DNA of 64,000 bases, taken from contig OZ244044.1 of NCBI GenBank assembly GCA_965215275.1, positions 608,001 through 672,000 of the forward strand, in the 5' to 3' direction. Below are positions 60,443 through 64,000 of the stretch, piece after piece. The notes under the pieces are model-generated. The model was not told the origin of the DNA and ran no database searches. It saw only the letters and a list, made by a program, of their open reading frames with translations. Origin of the DNA: Thermodesulfobacteriota bacterium (GTDB lineage Bacteria > Desulfobacterota_D > UBA1144 > Nemesobacterales > JAJCZQ01). The first letter of the stretch is position 1, and each line of letters opens with the position of its first letter. A program made the position numbers and the translations under genes.

Positions 60443-62365
60443 AAGGGATTATTATGTCAATATTATTCGAAGAAGCAGTAAGGGTTCTCATTGGCGGAAC
60501 GGCAGTCCAATCTTCGGCAAGTTCTACTGCTGCTTCAGCATCCACTACCCCGAAACCGTACTTTGGATTGTAATTATAACTGTCTGAATCAGAACCGTAT
60601 TTAACTGCTACTGTCTCCCAGCCTGGGTCGGTCGGGTCGTTCTTGCGAGCTGAAGCTGCCAGTATCAACTTTAAGTCTCGCCAGCTCATATCACTGTTTA
60701 TCTCTCGCATCAGTGCTGCAACCCCTGAAACAACCGGAGCAGAAAATGATGTTCCTTTAACTAAAAAATAGTGGTCGTTATTATCAGTTGTTGTAATAAT
60801 TAAACCTGGAGCACATACCCATAAATTTACTCCTTCTTCCGAAACATTAATTTTCTTACCAAAACCGTCTACTGAACAAACGGAAGTTACAGCGTAGTAA
60901 TTAGAATACTCATCAGCATTAGTTTGATCTCTATTGTAATGTCCATTTCCACCTGCCCAGACATAAAAAACTCCTTTACCACCAAACCCTTCCTTGATAC
61001 CTGTTTCCACTGCCATTTCCCAAACTCTCTCAGCAGAGTAAAGACCAGAATTATCCGGCGGTCCCCAGCTGTTGTTGGATACCGCTGTTATAATGTGATT
61101 ACGGGTCATAGCATCTGCCCTGTTAGCAGAATTATTAAAAAGATGTGGCGCCTTTAACAGATCATAACTATATATACTTGCTTGAGGTGCTACCCCTCTC
61201 ACACCAACCCCATTATCACCCATTGCTGCTATAATGCCCGCTACTTGTGTACCATGGCCACTTCTAGGATTGAAGACATTATCCTCTCCAAGGTAATCAT
61301 GATTAAGATCGGAATTTACATTGGCAGCCAGGTCCTCATGATCTGTGTCCATACCATCATCGACCACTGCCACGTTAACTCCACTACCAAATATTCCATC
61401 ATTCCAGACTTCCTCCACGTTTATATCTTCGCCGGCGGGCATTCTCCGCCTGTTGATCCTCCACTGTCCTGTATTGTTCAAATGCCACTGACAACTGTAT
61501 AAAGGATCATCGGGAAAACTGGCAGTAATAAGGTCCTCACAATCAGAGGAATAAGTATTAGGTCTTGTATCTCTTATAACTTGAAGCTGGTACTGATCGG
61601 TACCACTGCTTCCTACAACGATATAGTACGTTCCCGGAACGAGAGGAGATGAAATATTCCGATTATCGTTGCTGTCACTTGCTATCAGGTTATCACTGCT
61701 GTCACACAACTGTAAACTGTATTCGAGATTGTTATCAGTGAAAGTCGTTTCTATAGTTACATCAATATCGTTTGCCGGGTCTATCTGAAAGTAATGCAGT
61801 CCACCGGCACTTTCAAAACTTCCATCGTGTGCCTCTGCGTTTACTGTCAACGTGGCTTCGACCGGTTCACTGGAGTCACAGTTATTAACACTGGTCTGAC
61901 CATATGCACCAATGGACATAAAACACAGAAGAAAGAAAAAGGGAATTACATAAACAACTTTATATACAGGCAAGTCGTCAGTGACTTTATCTGCCCATTT
62001 CTCCCTTGAAATAAAACTACGTAATTGATGAGGGTAAAACATTGAACTAACGAAGTATTAATATTTTATCCTAACTAATATGTTAAAAATAATGTCTTTC
62101 ATGTCCAAATTATATACGTAATTCCCCTTAAATAGTATAAGTTGAAAGATCCGTTTAGAAACCGTTTCACTACTATTGGAACACTTGCTCCCTGTTACCT
62201 GTACTTGCATTTTCTTGTATTTTAATATTTTTCTCCTGCCGTTTTCACAAACCCAACGTGAAAATTACAATTATTTGACTTTAAAATACCTGTGTATGAT
62301 AATAAATTCAGTGATCAGGGGATAATTTCCGTTGCTGAAAAAGCGAAGAAACCGTACATTGATAA

Positions 62366-63700
62366 ATGTTTGAAGGCATATCTCAAAAGCTAAATACAAC
62401 GTTAAAAAAGGTCAGAGGCTACGGAAAGCTCAGTGAAGACAATATACAAAGCTCCCTTAGAGAGATAAGGCTTAGCCTGTTAGAAGCAGACGTTAACTTT
62501 GCGGTCACACGCGAGTTCATCAGTTCCATAAAAGAAAGAGCTATCGGCAGTGAAGTTGCGGAAAGCCTTACGCCGGGTCAGCAGTTTGTAAAGATCGTCC
62601 ATCAAGAACTGATCAAGGTACTTGGAGAAAGCAGTTCGGAGATCAATCTCAGTGCGGCACCACCGGTCGTAATAATGCTGGTCGGACTTCAAGGTTCTGG
62701 TAAGACCACTTCCTCGTCCAAGCTGGCTAAATACCTTGTCGGGTCTAAAAAGAAAAACCCCCTTCTGGTACCAGCCGACGTTTACAGACCAGCCGCCATT
62801 GAACAACTGAAGGTACTCGGAAAGAGCATAGATATTCCAGTGTTCGATACCAGTCCGGGTTCCAGTCCCATAGATATATGCCAGAACGCCCGAAAGAGCG
62901 CAGAACTGAACGGGAACGATGTCCTTATAATAGATACAGCCGGAAGACTGCATATAGACCAGGAACTGATGAATGAACTGATATCCATAAAAAACTCACT
63001 GGATCCCAACGAAATACTGCTTGTAGCCGATGCAATGACGGGACAGGACGCCGTGAACGCTTCAAAAAGTTTTAACGAGTCACTGGATATAGACGGAGTG
63101 ATACTAACGAAGATGGACGGAGACGCAAGAGGTGGTGCGGCACTGTCAATAAAATCAGTAACGGGAAAACCCATTAAATTCTTTGGCACGGGAGAAAAAC
63201 TTGACGCCCTTGAGGTATTTCACCCGGATAGAATAGCATCCAGAATACTGGGTATGGGGGACGTTCTGTCTTTAATAGAAAAAACCCAGAACGTCTTTGA
63301 AGAAAAAAAAGCCGAAAAGATAGCAAAGAACATTCAGAAGAAGCAGTTCTCACTGGAGGATTTCAAGGAATCAATAATGGCCATGGATAAACTCGGGTCC
63401 CTTGAAAACATCACCGCAATGCTCCCGCTAAAGAACAACGCCAGTATAGACCCAAGGGCGATGAAGACAGCAGAAAAGGATCTGAAGAAATATCTTGCCA
63501 TAATTGATTCAATGACCTCTAAAGAAAGGAAAAACCATACTATACTGAACGGAAGGAGAAGAAAAAGAATTGCCAAAGGCAGTGGTACTAAGGTGCAAGA
63601 TGTCAATAAGATGATAAAAAACTACATGCAGATGCAAAAAATGATGAAAAATATGGGAAGAACGGGTAAATTAGCAAAAAGAGTTATGAAATACATTTAA
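62366..63700 (+). CDS. ffh: Signal recognition particle protein
   Basis: LLEADV, GLQGSGKTT, DTAGR, TKMDGDARGG, RIAKGSG, Met-rich M domain. Confidence 0.97.
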   Translation: MFEGISQKLNTTLKKVRGYGKLSEDNIQSSLREIRLSLLEADVNFAVTREFISSIKERAIGSEVAESLTPGQQFVKIVHQELIKVLGESSSEINLSAAPPVVIMLVGLQGSGKTTSSSKLAKYLVGSKKKNPLLVPADVYRPAAIEQLKVLGKSIDIPVFDTSPGSSPIDICQNARKSAELNGNDVLIIDTAGRLHIDQELMNELISIKNSLDPNEILLVADAMTGQDAVNASKSFNESLDIDGVILTKMDGDARGGAALSIKSVTGKPIKFFGTGEKLDALEVFHPDRIASRILGMGDVLSLIEKTQNVFEEKKAEKIAKNIQKKQFSLEDFKESIMAMDKLGSLENITAMLPLKNNASIDPRAMKTAEKDLKKYLAIIDSMTSKERKNHTILNGRRRKRIAKGSGTKVQDVNKMIKNYMQMQKMMKNMGRTGKLAKRVMKYI

Positions 63701-63750
63701 TAATACAGTTATAATTATAGGTTATTGACCATACAGGAGGTAGGTACGTT

Positions 63751-63984
63751 TTGGTAAAATTAAGACTCACGAGACTAGGGTCCAAAAAGAGACCTTTTTA
63801 CAGGATCGTTGCAGCGGACGTTCGCGCACCTAGGGATGGAAAGTTTTTAGACATATTAGGATACTATGACCCAAGAAAGAAACCTCACGTTGTGAAAGTT
63901 GACGAGAATAAGGTTAAGTCATGGATAGGCAACGGTGCACAGCCAACGAATCGGGTAAAAAAACTCATAGCTGAGCTACTGTGA
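63751..63984 (+). CDS. rpsP: 30S ribosomal protein S16
   Basis: [33 protein letters not shown]; follows ffh. Confidence 0.97.
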   Translation: MVKLRLTRLGSKKRPFYRIVAADVRAPRDGKFLDILGYYDPRKKPHVVKVDENKVKSWIGNGAQPTNRVKKLIAELL

Positions 63985-64000
63985 TTTTTGAAAATAAACA

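Larger units (their letters stand above)
57700..62042 (-). pseudogene. Surface protein copy F: PPC-like domain, active S8 protease, P-domain, 8 Ig-like repeats, GGGC anchor; split into ORFs 59922..62042 and 57700..59889 by a 1-nt frameshift near 59930
   Basis: Intact VAVVDDG, GHGTQVAG, GGNGH, GTSFSAP. The junction reads GAA GTT GCC GCG AGA TAA where the repeat consensus needs EVxREISGTP; adding one base gives about 1447 aa. Confidence 0.85.

Noticed and set aside
1..64000. tRNA, rRNA, SRP RNA or riboswitch
   Set aside because: None recognised by eye in the intergenic regions; an Infernal/Rfam and tRNAscan-SE run is needed to exclude them.

Overview
Bacterial chromosomal window. A deltaproteobacteria-like lineage such as Candidatus Dadabacteria is a tentative guess from gene style only. 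The housekeeping backbone includes a DtxR/TroR-regulated TroABCD-type metal ABC transporter, nth, fdx, secG, tpiA, def, IHF, lsrF, bioBAF, fbaB, a MoxR/VWA pair, acyP, ftsB, rsmA, dacB, polA, ffh and rpsP. The backbone is interrupted six times by one family of secreted, C-terminally anchored surface proteins: five genes plus one internally deleted stub. Members mix PPC-like domains, a kexin-like S8 protease with P-domain, Ig-like (He_PIG-type) repeats, and a GGGGC-TM-basic tail ending IKT. Four copies share a TTGACA-N18-TA(A/G)AAT-like promoter and a poly-C tract between the start ATG and the signal peptide, and all four are out of frame here. One of them has two tracts in series. A fifth copy has an internal C17 tract and a frameshift. 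Two copies have lost the whole catalytic triad. Together this looks like a dispersed, slipped-strand phase-variable surface repertoire. An AT-rich defence island (about 26.0-33.6 kb) lies between two copies. It holds a CBASS operon (frameshifted patatin effector, CD-NTase with a GG-DYSK tail, E2-like/SEC-C protein) and a decaying type I R-M locus. Other oddities: a 36-bp repeat array with unique spacers built from the bioA start, toxin-antitoxin modules and a nuclease splitting the MoxR-VWA pair, and a PolA lacking proofreading residues. No rRNA, tRNA, cas, integrase, transposase or reverse transcriptase gene was recognised.
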